Below, piece after piece: positions 1 to 9,903 of a stretch of DNA of 64,000 nt. The translations under genes and the position numbers were made by a program. The DNA is from an uncultured Aliarcobacter sp. (lineage in GTDB: Bacteria; Campylobacterota; Campylobacteria; Campylobacterales; Arcobacteraceae), in the NCBI GenBank assembly GCA_963677435.1, contig OY781945.1, forward strand, positions 1,280,001-1,344,000, in the 5' to 3' direction. Every line of letters starts with the position of its first letter. Within the stretch, counting starts at the first letter, position 1. The notes beneath the pieces are model-generated. The model was not told where the DNA came from. It searched no databases and saw only the letters and a program-made list of their open reading frames with translations.

Positions 1-1
1 G

Positions 2-349
2 CCAGCTCTTGAAATCGTAATTGGAGCAAGAAGAGATAATCAATGGGGCACTGTAGTTTTAGTAGGTGTTGGTGGTATTTGGATTGAAACATTAAAAGAT
101 TATTGTTTAATCACTCCTGATTTAGGTATTGATGCAATTATTGAATCAATATATTCATTAAAATCTACAGCTTTATTAAAAGGTGTTAGAGGTAGCAAAG
201 CAGTTGATGTAAATGCAATTGCTCAAGTTGTTATGAAAATAGGTGATTTAATTGTTTCAAATGACAGAATATCTGAAATTGAAATTAATCCTCTTATTGC
301 AAGACATGAAGGTGTACTAGCTTTAGATGCACTGATTGTATTAGATTAA
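2..349 (+). CDS. 3' part of an acetate--CoA ligase family (ADP-forming acyl-CoA synthetase) protein, ATP-grasp C-terminus; truncated by window start
   Basis: Manual translation from position 2 is open to TAA at 347-349: ...LEIVIGARRDNQWGTVVLVGVGGIWIE...EIEINPLIARHEGVLALDALIVLD. This matches the E(I/L)xxG..RD..(F/W)G..V..G.GG..E and E.(D/E)INPL...A.DA motifs of the family. Confidence 0.85.
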   Translation, partial: PALEIVIGARRDNQWGTVVLVGVGGIWIETLKDYCLITPDLGIDAIIESIYSLKSTALLKGVRGSKAVDVNAIAQVVMKIGDLIVSNDRISEIEINPLIARHEGVLALDALIVLD

Positions 350-353
350 TATA

Positions 354-396
354 AATATAAGCATTTTTTATAAAATGCTTATATTCTCTTTTTTTT
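354..396 (+). terminator. Intrinsic terminator
   Basis: Inverted repeat AATATAAGCATTTT / AAAATGCTTATATT followed by a T-run, just after the CoA-ligase stop. Confidence 0.7.
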
Positions 397-555
397 AAAT
401 ACAAATCTTTTTTATTTTTAAGTAAAATTCAAACTCAATATTAATAATAATTTTTAAAAATCATTAAATTTTTCAAAATGCTATTTTGATGCTACTATTC
501 CCTTGAAATAGGACTTTAAAGCTTAAGCATAAATTAAAAATATACTTGTTATAGT

Positions 556-573
556 TTTCGTACAAATGTTCGA
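556..573. promoter_or_regulatory. Putative operator, copy 1 (TTTCGTACAAATGTTCGA), probably bound by the local IclR regulator
   Basis: Exact 18-bp copy at 9904-9921. Core CGWAC-N4-GTTCG also occurs at 5690 and (one mismatch) 9771. Lies directly after a TGnTATAGT extended -10-like motif (547-555). Confidence 0.7.
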
Positions 574-593
574 TAATAAAAAAGGAACTAAAA

Positions 594-1520
594 ATGACGA
601 TTAGTATTGCATATATAAAAGAGCTTTTTAATAATGGTGTTAAAGATTATCAAAAGATAATTGATACAAAGTTTATTCCAAATTATGAAATTACTTCTCA
701 CAAGCAAATAAGACTTTCAATAATAAGTGAAAGATGTAAAAATGCAAATATTCCAATCCATAGACACAAATATTTTGAAATTGTTGTTGTAACAAAAGCT
801 AAAGAAGGAGATCATTCTCATGAAATAGATTTTGTTGAGTATCCTTTAAAAGCTGGTTATATTTATTTTATATATCCTAATCAAACTCATAAATGGAATA
901 TAAAAGAGTACAAAGAAGAATTTGATGGATATATTTTAAATTTTAATGAAGCCTTTTTACTTGAAAATGGAACTAATATAAAACATCTTTTATCAAAACT
1001 TTTTAATTCTTATGAAAATAACCCTTATATCAAATATAAAGAAAATGAGTTTGAATCATTTTTTTCTCTTATGCAAATATTCGAGAAAGAATATAACAAA
1101 GATATACAAAATAATTCTATATTAAGATCACTTCTTGAAACTCTTTTATTTTATATGGAAGAATTGAAAATAGAATCAAATAAAATATTAGATATAAATT
1201 TTCAAAAATTAACAACACTAAAAAACCTAATAGAAGAAAACTATAAAAAAGAAAAAAATAGTGATTTTTATGCAAGAAAAATGCAACTCTCATCAAAAAG
1301 ATTAAATGAAATAGTTAAAAAAGTTTCAGGATATACAATCACCCAAATGATTCATACAAGATTAGTTTTAGAAGCTAAAAGAGAGATGGTATCACAAAAC
1401 AAAACTATTCAAGCGATATCCGAAGAATTGGGTTTTGAGAATCCTTCATACTTTTCAAGATTTTTTAAAAAGTATGAAAATCTAACACCAAAAGAGTATT
1501 CAAAGAAATTGTTAAAATAG
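594..1520 (+). CDS. AraC family transcriptional regulator
   Basis: N-terminal cupin motif (HRHKYFEI), C-terminal double HTH (ISEELGFENPSYFSRFFKK). Confidence 0.95.
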   Translation: MTISIAYIKELFNNGVKDYQKIIDTKFIPNYEITSHKQIRLSIISERCKNANIPIHRHKYFEIVVVTKAKEGDHSHEIDFVEYPLKAGYIYFIYPNQTHKWNIKEYKEEFDGYILNFNEAFLLENGTNIKHLLSKLFNSYENNPYIKYKENEFESFFSLMQIFEKEYNKDIQNNSILRSLLETLLFYMEELKIESNKILDINFQKLTTLKNLIEENYKKEKNSDFYARKMQLSSKRLNEIVKKVSGYTITQMIHTRLVLEAKREMVSQNKTIQAISEELGFENPSYFSRFFKKYENLTPKEYSKKLLK

Positions 1521-1574
1521 TGTCAGAAATTGTTCAAATTATGACTTCAATTTACTTTTTATAGTTGTTATACT
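1504..1574 (+). promoter_or_regulatory. Putative AraC-type activator site (two direct repeats) plus extended -10 for the dioxygenase operon
   Basis: AGAAATTGTTAAAAT (1504) and AGAAATTGTTCAAAT (1525) start 21 bp apart; TGnTATACT at 1566-1574. Confidence 0.6.
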
Positions 1575-1606
1575 TTACTTATAAATAATTAATAAAGGAC
1601 AAAAAA

Positions 1607-2518
1607 ATGAGTATTGTACACCCTACAGGATTATTTGATAATAGTGCAAAAAACTATAAAAACATTAAAGTTACACCAATTGCAGCAGCAATGGGTGCAG
1701 AGATAAGTGGAGTTGATTTAAGTAATTTTAATGATGAAACTAGAGATGAAATAGCAGATGCTTTATATAGACATAAATTAATAATCTTTAGAGACCAAGA
1801 AATCACTTTTACTGATCATGAAAATATTACACTTAGATTTGGTGAATTTGGGACGGATGCTTATACAAAAGGTGTAGAGGGTCATGAAAATATACAACCA
1901 GTTATAAAAGAAAAAGAGACAAAAACTAAAATGGTTTTTGGTAGTGGTTGGCATACAGACTCAGTATTTCTTGAATGTCCTCCTTCAATTGCTTTTAACT
2001 ATGGAAAAGATATGCCTCCATATGGTGGTGATACGCTATATGCAAATACAGTATTAGCATATAAAAGTTTAAGTCCTGCAATGCAAGAAATGATTGCGCC
2101 ACTAAAAGTATGGATGAGTGGAAAAAGAGTTGTTGAGCAAATTTATTCAGAACAAAATAATGAAGGTCAAATTAAAAACTTTGGAAATATGGAATTTGAT
2201 GTTAATACTCAAAATATGATTAAAGGTGCATACCATCCACTAGTAAGAACACACCCAGTGACAGGTGAAAAATCACTTTTTGTAGATAAAACATATTCAT
2301 GTGGTATTGAGGGTATGACTGAAGAAGAGGCAATGCCATTAATAAATTTCTTATCTGATTTTGCGACACAAGAATCTTTTTGTTGTAGATTAAAGTGGTA
2401 TTCAAAAACATTTATCATGTGGGATAATAGAATTTGTTTACACCAAGCTTTCAATGACTATGAAGGTTTTAGAAGAGAGATGTATAGAACAACAAATATG
2501 GGCGAAAGACCAGAATAA
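1607..2518 (+). CDS. TauD/TfdA family Fe(II)/2-oxoglutarate dioxygenase (RdpA-like)
   Basis: GAEISGVDL, WHTDS (HxD), GGDT, HPLVRTHP and WDNR..H..R motifs. Confidence 0.92.
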   Translation: MSIVHPTGLFDNSAKNYKNIKVTPIAAAMGAEISGVDLSNFNDETRDEIADALYRHKLIIFRDQEITFTDHENITLRFGEFGTDAYTKGVEGHENIQPVIKEKETKTKMVFGSGWHTDSVFLECPPSIAFNYGKDMPPYGGDTLYANTVLAYKSLSPAMQEMIAPLKVWMSGKRVVEQIYSEQNNEGQIKNFGNMEFDVNTQNMIKGAYHPLVRTHPVTGEKSLFVDKTYSCGIEGMTEEEAMPLINFLSDFATQESFCCRLKWYSKTFIMWDNRICLHQAFNDYEGFRREMYRTTNMGERPE

Positions 2519-2530
2519 AAGGGATATAAA

Positions 2531-3310
2531 ATGGAAGATATTTTTGAATCAACAGTTATCCCTACTGGATACAGTGAAGTTGAATGGAAAGCTAGAGTTG
2601 ATTTAGCCTTATGTTATAGAATGGTTGATTATTATGGTTGGACAACACAAGTTTACAATCATATTTCATATAGAATTCCAGGAACAGAGCATATTTTAAT
2701 TAATGCTTTTGGTTTATTATATAGTGAAATAAAACCATCAAACTTAGTAAAAATAGATTTAGATGGAAATAAAATAGATGATTCACCTTATCCAATAAAT
2801 GAAGCTGGAATTGTGATACATACAGCAATTCATAAAGCAAGACCAGAAATAAACTGTGTAATGCATACACATAATGTAGATGTTCAAGCAGTTAGTGCAT
2901 TAAAATGTGGATTTATTCCTTTAATACAAGAGGCTTATATGTTCTATGAAAGAATAGGTTATCACGACTTTGAAGGAATAGTTTTAGATGAGGCTGAACA
3001 AGCAAGATTATTAGCTTCTATGGGACCTACGAATCATACTTTGATGCTTCATAATCATGGAGTTGTTACAACAGGATCTGATGTTGCTTGGGCATTTATG
3101 AGAATGTTTCAAATAATACAAGGTTCAAAAGTTCAACTAAAAGCTATGTCAACAGGAGCTGAACTTATAGAAGTAAGTGTTGATGCGATGGAAAGAACTA
3201 GGGAACAATTTGAAGGTGGTGCAGCACAAGCTGGAGCACAAGTTAGACTGCCAGAATGGCCAGCATATTATCGATTGATGAAAAGAATTGATCCTTCTTG
3301 GAACAAATAG
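2531..3310 (+). CDS. Class II aldolase/adducin family protein, paralogue 1
   Basis: NHISYRIPG, INAFGLLYSE, IHTAIH..RP...CVMHTH and LHNHG metal-binding motifs. Confidence 0.92.
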   Translation: MEDIFESTVIPTGYSEVEWKARVDLALCYRMVDYYGWTTQVYNHISYRIPGTEHILINAFGLLYSEIKPSNLVKIDLDGNKIDDSPYPINEAGIVIHTAIHKARPEINCVMHTHNVDVQAVSALKCGFIPLIQEAYMFYERIGYHDFEGIVLDEAEQARLLASMGPTNHTLMLHNHGVVTTGSDVAWAFMRMFQIIQGSKVQLKAMSTGAELIEVSVDAMERTREQFEGGAAQAGAQVRLPEWPAYYRLMKRIDPSWNK

Positions 3311-3331
3311 TAAATAAAAAAAGGAAAATAA

Positions 3332-4111
3332 ATGGAAGATATTTTTGAATCAGGTGTTGTTCCAGCTGGATACAGTGAAGTTGAATGGAAAGCCAGAGTT
3401 GAATTAACTTTATGTTATAGATTGGTTGATTATTTTGGATGGACAACACAAGTTTATAATCATATTTCATACAGAATACCAGGAACTGAGCATATTTTAA
3501 TAAATGCCTTTGGACTTTTATATAGTGAGATTACTCCTTCAAATTTGGTAAAAATAGATTTAGAAGGAAATAAAGTTGATGATTCTGTTTATCCAATAAA
3601 TGCAGCAGGAATAGTAATTCATACCGCAATTCACCAAGGAAGACCAGATATCAACTGTGTAATGCACACACATAATATTGATGTTCAAGCTGTAAGTGCA
3701 TTAAAATGTGGATTTATTCCTTTGATGCAAGAGAGTTATCAATTCCATGACAGAATAGGATATCACCATTTTGAGGGAATTGTTTTAGATGAAAATGAAA
3801 AAACAAGATTACTAAGTGCAATGGGTGGAAAAAATCATACTTTAATACTTCATAATCATGGTGTTGTTACAACAGGAGTAGATGTATCTTGGGCATTTGA
3901 ATTAATGTTTCAAATAATAAGAGGATGTGAAGTACAACTAAAAGCTATGTCAAGTGGTGGAAAATTACACCAAGCAAGTAAAGAGGCTATCTTAAAAACT
4001 TTAGCGCAATTTGAAGGTGGGGATTCTTCATGTGGGGCACATGTTGCACTTCCTGCTTGGCCAGCATATGCACGGATGATGTCAAAAATCGATCCTAATT
4101 GGAATAAATAA
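3332..4111 (+). CDS. Class II aldolase/adducin family protein, paralogue 2
   Basis: Same length (259 aa) and motifs as 2531-3310; tandem duplicate. Confidence 0.92.
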   Translation: MEDIFESGVVPAGYSEVEWKARVELTLCYRLVDYFGWTTQVYNHISYRIPGTEHILINAFGLLYSEITPSNLVKIDLEGNKVDDSVYPINAAGIVIHTAIHQGRPDINCVMHTHNIDVQAVSALKCGFIPLMQESYQFHDRIGYHHFEGIVLDENEKTRLLSAMGGKNHTLILHNHGVVTTGVDVSWAFELMFQIIRGCEVQLKAMSSGGKLHQASKEAILKTLAQFEGGDSSCGAHVALPAWPAYARMMSKIDPNWNK

Positions 4112-4129
4112 AAATATAAAGGTTAAATC

Positions 4130-5170
4130 ATGAAAATTATAATACAAAAAGGAGCTATATTAATAGCTAGTTCAATGTTAATGATTGGCTCACTTTGGGG
4201 AAGTGAAAATAGTCAAAAATCTATTACTTTAACTCTTCATACATTTTTAAGTTCAAATGCACCACCTACTGCACAATTATTAGAGCCATGGGCAAGAAAT
4301 GTTGAGAAACTTTCAAAAGGTAAACTTAAAATTGAACTTTATCCATCAATGAGTATGGGTGGGAAACCAAATGAACTTTATGGTCAAGCAAAAGATGGAA
4401 CAGCTGATATTGTTTACACAGTTGCTGGATATACTCCAGGTGTTTTCCCAAGAAGTGAAATATTTGAATTACCAACTATAATGACTAATTCAAGTTTAAA
4501 TACAGCAACAGCCGCTTATGAAAACTTTGATTTAATAAAAGATGATTTTAAAAAAGTTAAAGCTCTTTTAATCGCATTATCTGGACCTATGCAGTTACAT
4601 ACTCCAACTAAAAAAATTACAAAATTTGAAGACTTACAAGGTTTAAAACTCAGAGCACCTTCAAGAACTGGTGGATGGTATATAGAAGAGTTAGGTGCTG
4701 AACCAGTTGGAATGCCTTTACCAGATGTTGCACAAGCTTTTTCTAAAAGTGCAATAGATGGTGCTGCTTTACCAATGGAAATTTTTCCAGCATTTAAATT
4801 TCAAGATTTAACTAAATATACTACTGAAATCAATGGTGGTGGAGGTTTTGGTGGGTCTGTTTTACTTTTACTTATGAATCAAGAGAAGTATGACAGTTTA
4901 CCAAAAGAGTTACAAGAAGTTATTGATGCAAGTACTGGTATTCCATTGATTGAGAAATTCTCAAAATTGGCTGCTGATTTTGAAGTTATTGGAAAAGATT
5001 TACAAATCAAATCTGGTGGAGAAGTTAATACTTTAAGTGCTGAAGAGACTAAAAAATTTGATGCAGCAGGAGAAAGAGTTGTAAAAAGATGGGTTAAAGA
5101 GATGCAAGAAAAAGGTATCAATGGACAAGAAATTGTTGATGCTGTAAAAAAATCTTTAGATAAAAAATAA
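4130..5170 (+). CDS. TRAP transporter substrate-binding protein (DctP family)
   Basis: Signal peptide; YPSMSMGG, GYTPGVFP..E.FELP and DLQGLKLRAP (conserved Arg). Confidence 0.92.
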   Translation: MKIIIQKGAILIASSMLMIGSLWGSENSQKSITLTLHTFLSSNAPPTAQLLEPWARNVEKLSKGKLKIELYPSMSMGGKPNELYGQAKDGTADIVYTVAGYTPGVFPRSEIFELPTIMTNSSLNTATAAYENFDLIKDDFKKVKALLIALSGPMQLHTPTKKITKFEDLQGLKLRAPSRTGGWYIEELGAEPVGMPLPDVAQAFSKSAIDGAALPMEIFPAFKFQDLTKYTTEINGGGGFGGSVLLLLMNQEKYDSLPKELQEVIDASTGIPLIEKFSKLAADFEVIGKDLQIKSGGEVNTLSAEETKKFDAAGERVVKRWVKEMQEKGINGQEIVDAVKKSLDKK

Positions 5171-5179
5171 TCTACTAAA

Positions 5180-5210
5180 TAAATATAAGCATTTAATATG
5201 CTTATATTTA
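5180..5210. terminator. Bidirectional terminator hairpin
   Basis: TAAATATAAGCAT-ttaat-ATGCTTATATTTA between convergent genes. Confidence 0.7.
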
Positions 5211-5215
5211 TAAAA

Positions 5216-5644
5216 CTATTTATTCAAATCAATCACAGCTAAAGTAATTCTTGAAATACAAACTGCTTTATTTGTTTGTTTATGATTTATTCTTATTTCC
5301 CAAACCTGAGTTGTCTTACCTATATGAATTGGTGTTGCAACTCCAATTACATCACCATTTGCAACTCCACCAATATGATTTGCATTTATTTCTAATCCTA
5401 CAATTGTATGATTATCATCAACTGCAAGTGCTCCACCAATACTTCCCAATGTTTCTGCAAATAATACTGAAGAACCTCCATGTAAAAGACCTCGAACTTG
5501 ATGAGTTCTCTTATCTACTGGCATTTCACCAACTATTGTATTTTCGCCAACTTTAGTAATAACAATACCTAAACTTTCAGCTGCTGTATCTTTTGACATT
5601 GCATTAATTGATTCTAATGAAAATTCTTTTTTCCAAATACTCAA
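5216..5644 (-). CDS. Hotdog-fold acyl-CoA thioesterase (PaaI/MenI-like)
   Basis: MPVD.RT.Q..GLLHGGSS..FAETLGS and VGLEINANH motifs. Confidence 0.92.
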   Translation of the reverse strand: MSIWKKEFSLESINAMSKDTAAESLGIVITKVGENTIVGEMPVDKRTHQVRGLLHGGSSVLFAETLGSIGGALAVDDNHTIVGLEINANHIGGVANGDVIGVATPIHIGKTTQVWEIRINHKQTNKAVCISRITLAVIDLNK

Positions 5645-5679
5645 AATTTACTCCTTTTGTAACAATTTGTTATATTATT

Positions 5680-5713
5680 ATACTATATACGAACTTATGT
5701 TCGTATATAGTAT
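5680..5713. promoter_or_regulatory. Putative operator, copy 2: perfect 15-4-15 palindrome in the divergent promoter region
   Basis: ATACTATATACGAAC-TTAT-GTTCGTATATAGTAT between the thioesterase and the DMT-iclR genes. Confidence 0.75.
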
Positions 5714-5763
5714 CTTATTAAGGAAATTTAAAATATAATCCCACAAATTATGGAGTAATATTT

Positions 5764-6648
5764 GTGAACAAAAAAATAAATCAGGGTGTTTTATATATGT
5801 TAATATCTTCAATTTGCTTATCATTTATGAGTGCAATTGCAAAAATATTAGCAAGTCATTTACCTATTATTGAAATTGTTTTTTTTAGAAATTTCATAGG
5901 TATTATTCTTATTCTGATGACTTTTTTTAAATCACCATTAAATCAAACAGGAGGAAAACCTTTACTTTTGTTTTTTAGAGCAACCGTTGGTTTAATTGCA
6001 ATGCTTAGTTTTTTTTATAATATTGCAAATATTACCCTTGCTGATGCTGTGATATATTCAAGAATGTCTCCAATTTTTACAGCAATTTTTGCTTTGTGGT
6101 TTTTAAGGGAAAAAATTGGTATAAAAGGTTGGTTTGCAATTTTTATTGGTTTTTGTGGAATGTTAATGGTAATGCAACCAAATGGATTGATTTTTGAAAA
6201 AGCTCATATCTTTGGACTGTTAAATGCAGTTTGTGCGGCTCTTGCTTTTACAAGTATAAGAGAGCTTAGAAGTTATTACGATACTCGTACAATTGTATTG
6301 AGTTTTATGGGAATAGGAACAATAGTTCCTATTATTTCAATGTTTTTATCTGCTTATTATCAAAGTGATTTTTTTAGTTTTATGATGGGTGAATTTATTA
6401 TGCCAGATTTATCAGATTGGATTTATATTTTTGCAATGGGACTTACAGCATCATTTGGACAAGTGTATATGACAAAAGCTTACGGAGTAACAAGAGCAGG
6501 AATTGTGGGAGCTACTGGTTATTCAGTAATTGTCTTTTCACTAATTATTGGTTTAATTTTAGGAGATGCTTTACCAAATATTTTGGGATTTATTGGGATT
6601 TTAGCTATTATTTCAGGAGGTATATTAATTGCGAGGGAAAAAAATTAA
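5764..6648 (+). CDS. DMT/EamA family transporter
   Basis: About 10 hydrophobic segments, SPIFTAIFA..FLREK motif; GTG start after GGAG. Confidence 0.9.
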   Translation: MNKKINQGVLYMLISSICLSFMSAIAKILASHLPIIEIVFFRNFIGIILILMTFFKSPLNQTGGKPLLLFFRATVGLIAMLSFFYNIANITLADAVIYSRMSPIFTAIFALWFLREKIGIKGWFAIFIGFCGMLMVMQPNGLIFEKAHIFGLLNAVCAALAFTSIRELRSYYDTRTIVLSFMGIGTIVPIISMFLSAYYQSDFFSFMMGEFIMPDLSDWIYIFAMGLTASFGQVYMTKAYGVTRAGIVGATGYSVIVFSLIIGLILGDALPNILGFIGILAIISGGILIAREKN

Positions 6649-6652
6649 AAAG

Positions 6653-7447
6653 ATGAATGATAATATTGATAATGAATCAGACAACAAAGAGATTGTAACG
6701 GCCTTTATAAAAGGCCTAAGTGTTATAACAGCTTTTGATCATGAAAATACAAGTATGACACTATCAGATGTTGCGAAAAAAGTAGATATCACACGAGCAA
6801 GTGCTAGAAGATTATTATTAACTTTAGAATCTTTAGGTTATGTAACACAAAATGATAATTATTTTTCTTTAACTCCAAAGGTTATAGATTTAGGTTATAG
6901 TTATTTTGCTTCACTTCCATGGACAGATTTAGCATATAAAAATATTAAAAAAGTAGTTGATGCATGTAAATTATCTTGTTCGGTTTCTATTTTAGATGGC
7001 TTAAATGTTATTTGTATTATGAGAGTAGCTGCAACAAGAATATTAAATGAAGGTATTCATGTTGGTACTAGATTACCAGCTGCTTATACAGCAACAGGTA
7101 GACTTTTTATGGCTCATATGGAAGAAAAAGAGTTATATGAATATATTTTACATCTACCTTTAAAAGCCCATACCGAAAAAAGTATTATTGATCCATATAA
7201 GTTATATGATCAAATAATTTCTGAAAAAAATCAAGGTTATCAAATGGTGGAAGAAGAGATAGAAGATGGTTTAGTCTCTCTTGCCGTTCCTATTTATAAT
7301 CGAGATAATAAAATGATAGGAGCTATGAATATAGGTTCTCATTTAAGTTATAAAAATACAAAAATGATAAAAGAAACAGTACTTCCTTTATTGCTTGAAG
7401 CTGCAAACGAAACATCTAAAGCAATTAAATTACTTCAACAGTATTAA
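6653..7447 (+). CDS. IclR family regulator, PcaR/PobR-like
   Basis: KGLSVITAF...MTLSDVA....TRASARRLLLTL..LGYV, GTRLPA..TATGR and EEEIEDGL.SLAVP; ATG at 6653 preferred over the TTG at 6629. Confidence 0.92.
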   Translation: MNDNIDNESDNKEIVTAFIKGLSVITAFDHENTSMTLSDVAKKVDITRASARRLLLTLESLGYVTQNDNYFSLTPKVIDLGYSYFASLPWTDLAYKNIKKVVDACKLSCSVSILDGLNVICIMRVAATRILNEGIHVGTRLPAAYTATGRLFMAHMEEKELYEYILHLPLKAHTEKSIIDPYKLYDQIISEKNQGYQMVEEEIEDGLVSLAVPIYNRDNKMIGAMNIGSHLSYKNTKMIKETVLPLLLEAANETSKAIKLLQQY

Positions 7448-7464
7448 AAATTTAAGAAGATAAT

Positions 7465-8484
7465 TTATCCCATAGGATACATTATCTCTTCTTGAACTTT
7501 TTTACAAGCTTGTATAATCTCATCACTTAAAGTTATATCTAAAGCTTTTAAACTTTCATTTAATTGCTCAGCGGTTCTAGCACCAATAATTGTACTAGCA
7601 ACAAAATCCCAATGTTTACTCCAAGCAGCTGCAAGTGTTGTAACACTCATACCATGTTCTTGAGCTATTTGCATATATCTTGCAGTTGCTGCTAAAGTTT
7701 TATCATTTATAAATCTTTTTTTCATAGCATTTAATCTTGGTAAATCTTTAGCTAAATACTCCTCAAATCTTGAACCTTTTGGAATAACTCCACCTTGATA
7801 TTTTCCAGTTAACACTCCACCTGCAAGTGGTGAATAAGGAAGTAAAGATATTTTTTCTTGTCTGCAAACATGTGCTAACTCATCAAAAAATCTTGGTTCA
7901 TTTAAAGAAAAGTTATTTTGGATTGATTGAAATCTTGCTAAGCCTTTGTATCTACTAATTTCAGTAGCTTTAGTTAAACCATAAGCTGTGTCATTACTAG
8001 CTCCAATATATCTTACTTTTCCAGCTTTTACCAATCTATCCATAGCTTCCATAGACTCTTCTAAAGGAATAACAGTATCAGGCCAATGAACTTGATAAAG
8101 GTCGATATAATCAGTTCTTAACCTTCTTAAACTTCCTTCAATTCCTCTCTCAATATGAAATCTATCAATTGCAGTTAAGCCATGTCTAACGGGTGCTGCG
8201 AATCTTCCATTTGCTGCACCTGCAACTTTTGTTGCTACTATAATTGATTCACGAGGTTTATCTTTCATCCACTCACCCATAATTTCTTCTGATAAACCAA
8301 CTAAGTCAGCCCTTGGGGGAACTGGATACATCTCTGCATTATCAAAAAAATTAATTCCTGCATCATAGGCTTTATCCATGATTTTAAAGCTCTCTTTTTT
8401 GCTTGACATTTGTCCAAAAGTCATAGTTCCTAAACAAATTGGAGTTACTCTTAATCCACTTGTTCCAATATATCGATATTCCAT
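7465..8484 (-). CDS. Aldo/keto reductase (Tas-like)
   Basis: ICLGTMTFG, GINFFDNAEMYPVP, DYIDLYQVHWP and YSPLAGGVLTGKY. Confidence 0.93.
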   Translation of the reverse strand: MEYRYIGTSGLRVTPICLGTMTFGQMSSKKESFKIMDKAYDAGINFFDNAEMYPVPPRADLVGLSEEIMGEWMKDKPRESIIVATKVAGAANGRFAAPVRHGLTAIDRFHIERGIEGSLRRLRTDYIDLYQVHWPDTVIPLEESMEAMDRLVKAGKVRYIGASNDTAYGLTKATEISRYKGLARFQSIQNNFSLNEPRFFDELAHVCRQEKISLLPYSPLAGGVLTGKYQGGVIPKGSRFEEYLAKDLPRLNAMKKRFINDKTLAATARYMQIAQEHGMSVTTLAAAWSKHWDFVASTIIGARTAEQLNESLKALDITLSDEIIQACKKVQEEIMYPMG

Positions 8485-8503
8485 AATAATCCTTTTTATA
8501 AAT

Positions 8504-9652
8504 TTAGTATTTTTTTAATATTAGTATTGATGTTAATGAAATCATCAGCATTCCTATTCCAATAGGAAGTAGGGTTTCTCCATGAAAAGAGACTATTAGT
8601 GATGAAATAATTGAAGCCATTCCAAATTGAATTACTCCAATTAATGCAGATGCAACACCTGCATTTTTAGAGAAATTTTCTAAAACCAAAGAAGTTGCAT
8701 TTCCATAAATTAAACCATTCATAGCAATGTAAATTCCCAAAATAATAATTGTTGAATATAAAGTAAGATCTTTATAAAAAAATGTAAATATTGCTGCAAA
8801 AACTATTTGAACAGTTACGGCAGTTTTTAATATATTTAGCTGTGAAAAATATTTTATAAATTTAGTATTTAATGTTGCTAATACCATAAGTAATACAAAA
8901 TTTAATCCATAATAAACAGAAAAAAGATTTACTCCCACATGAAAATGTTCCATGTAAATAAAAGATAACTTTGTGATAATAGAAAACATACTTGAAAAAC
9001 CTAAAGCTAAAACAAACATCATCATCATTGCTTTTTTGTGGGTTAAAACACTAATATATGATTCAATAATTTTTCTTTTTGTATAAGTATAAGTCTCTTC
9101 TAAATCTTTGATTATCAAAAAAGCAAGAAATAAAGAGTAAATAGTTAAAAAAGCAAAAATACCTTTCCATGGAGCAAAAAAAAGTATTAAAGCTCCAATT
9201 ATTGGAGCAACCATAGGAACAATACTTCTTATACTTCCCAAAAGAGAAAAATATTTTGCAGCTTCATTTCCTGAATATAAATCTCTAATAATCGCAGTTG
9301 CGTTAATTACTATAAATCCAGCAAAAAAGGCTTCTAAAAATCTGTAAATCCAAAGCTCATAAACAGTTGTGCTAAATATTATAAGAAAACTAAAAAACGA
9401 AAACCCAAATAAACCTAATAATGAGCAAAATTTTCTACCTTTTCTATCTGAAATTGGGCCTCCAAACAACTGTCCAAGGGAAAATCCAAACATAAAAATT
9501 GATAAGCTTAATTCTATATATGAAATTGGTAAATTATAATATTCAGCCATTGAGGGCATTGCAGGTAGATATGTTGCTATTGATATGGGCGCGATTGCTG
9601 ATAAAACTGATAATAATATTAGTAGATAAGTTGTATTAATATATTTTTGCAT
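8504..9652 (-). CDS. Bcr/CflA family MFS transporter
   Basis: YLPAMP, GQLFGGPISDRKGRK and AGVASALIG motifs; about 12 TM. Confidence 0.9.
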   Translation of the reverse strand: MQKYINTTYLLILLSVLSAIAPISIATYLPAMPSMAEYYNLPISYIELSLSIFMFGFSLGQLFGGPISDRKGRKFCSLLGLFGFSFFSFLIIFSTTVYELWIYRFLEAFFAGFIVINATAIIRDLYSGNEAAKYFSLLGSIRSIVPMVAPIIGALILFFAPWKGIFAFLTIYSLFLAFLIIKDLEETYTYTKRKIIESYISVLTHKKAMMMMFVLALGFSSMFSIITKLSFIYMEHFHVGVNLFSVYYGLNFVLLMVLATLNTKFIKYFSQLNILKTAVTVQIVFAAIFTFFYKDLTLYSTIIILGIYIAMNGLIYGNATSLVLENFSKNAGVASALIGVIQFGMASIISSLIVSFHGETLLPIGIGMLMISLTSILILKKY

Positions 9653-9770
9653 TTAGTGTCACTTACTGTAAATAAGAGTATTTTATGACATAAAAGTTAT
9701 CTTAAATAATGTCAAAATAATTAATATTACAGTTGTTAATAAACTTTTCATTCTCTTATTTTAAATTAAT

Positions 9771-9784
9771 CGAACAAATGTTCA
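9771..9784. promoter_or_regulatory. Putative operator, copy 3 (CGAACAAATGTTCA)
   Basis: One mismatch to the CGWAC-N4-GTTCG core; in the MFS/MCP divergent region. Confidence 0.55.
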
Positions 9785-9903
9785 AAATTATACAATTGTA
9801 AATTTAATGTATTCTTAATAAAAAAAAGATTTTTAGCTGTAATTTCCCCATATTTTTCTATTTAAATTAATTTAAGCAAATTTTAAAAATTCAAAAGATA
9901 ATA

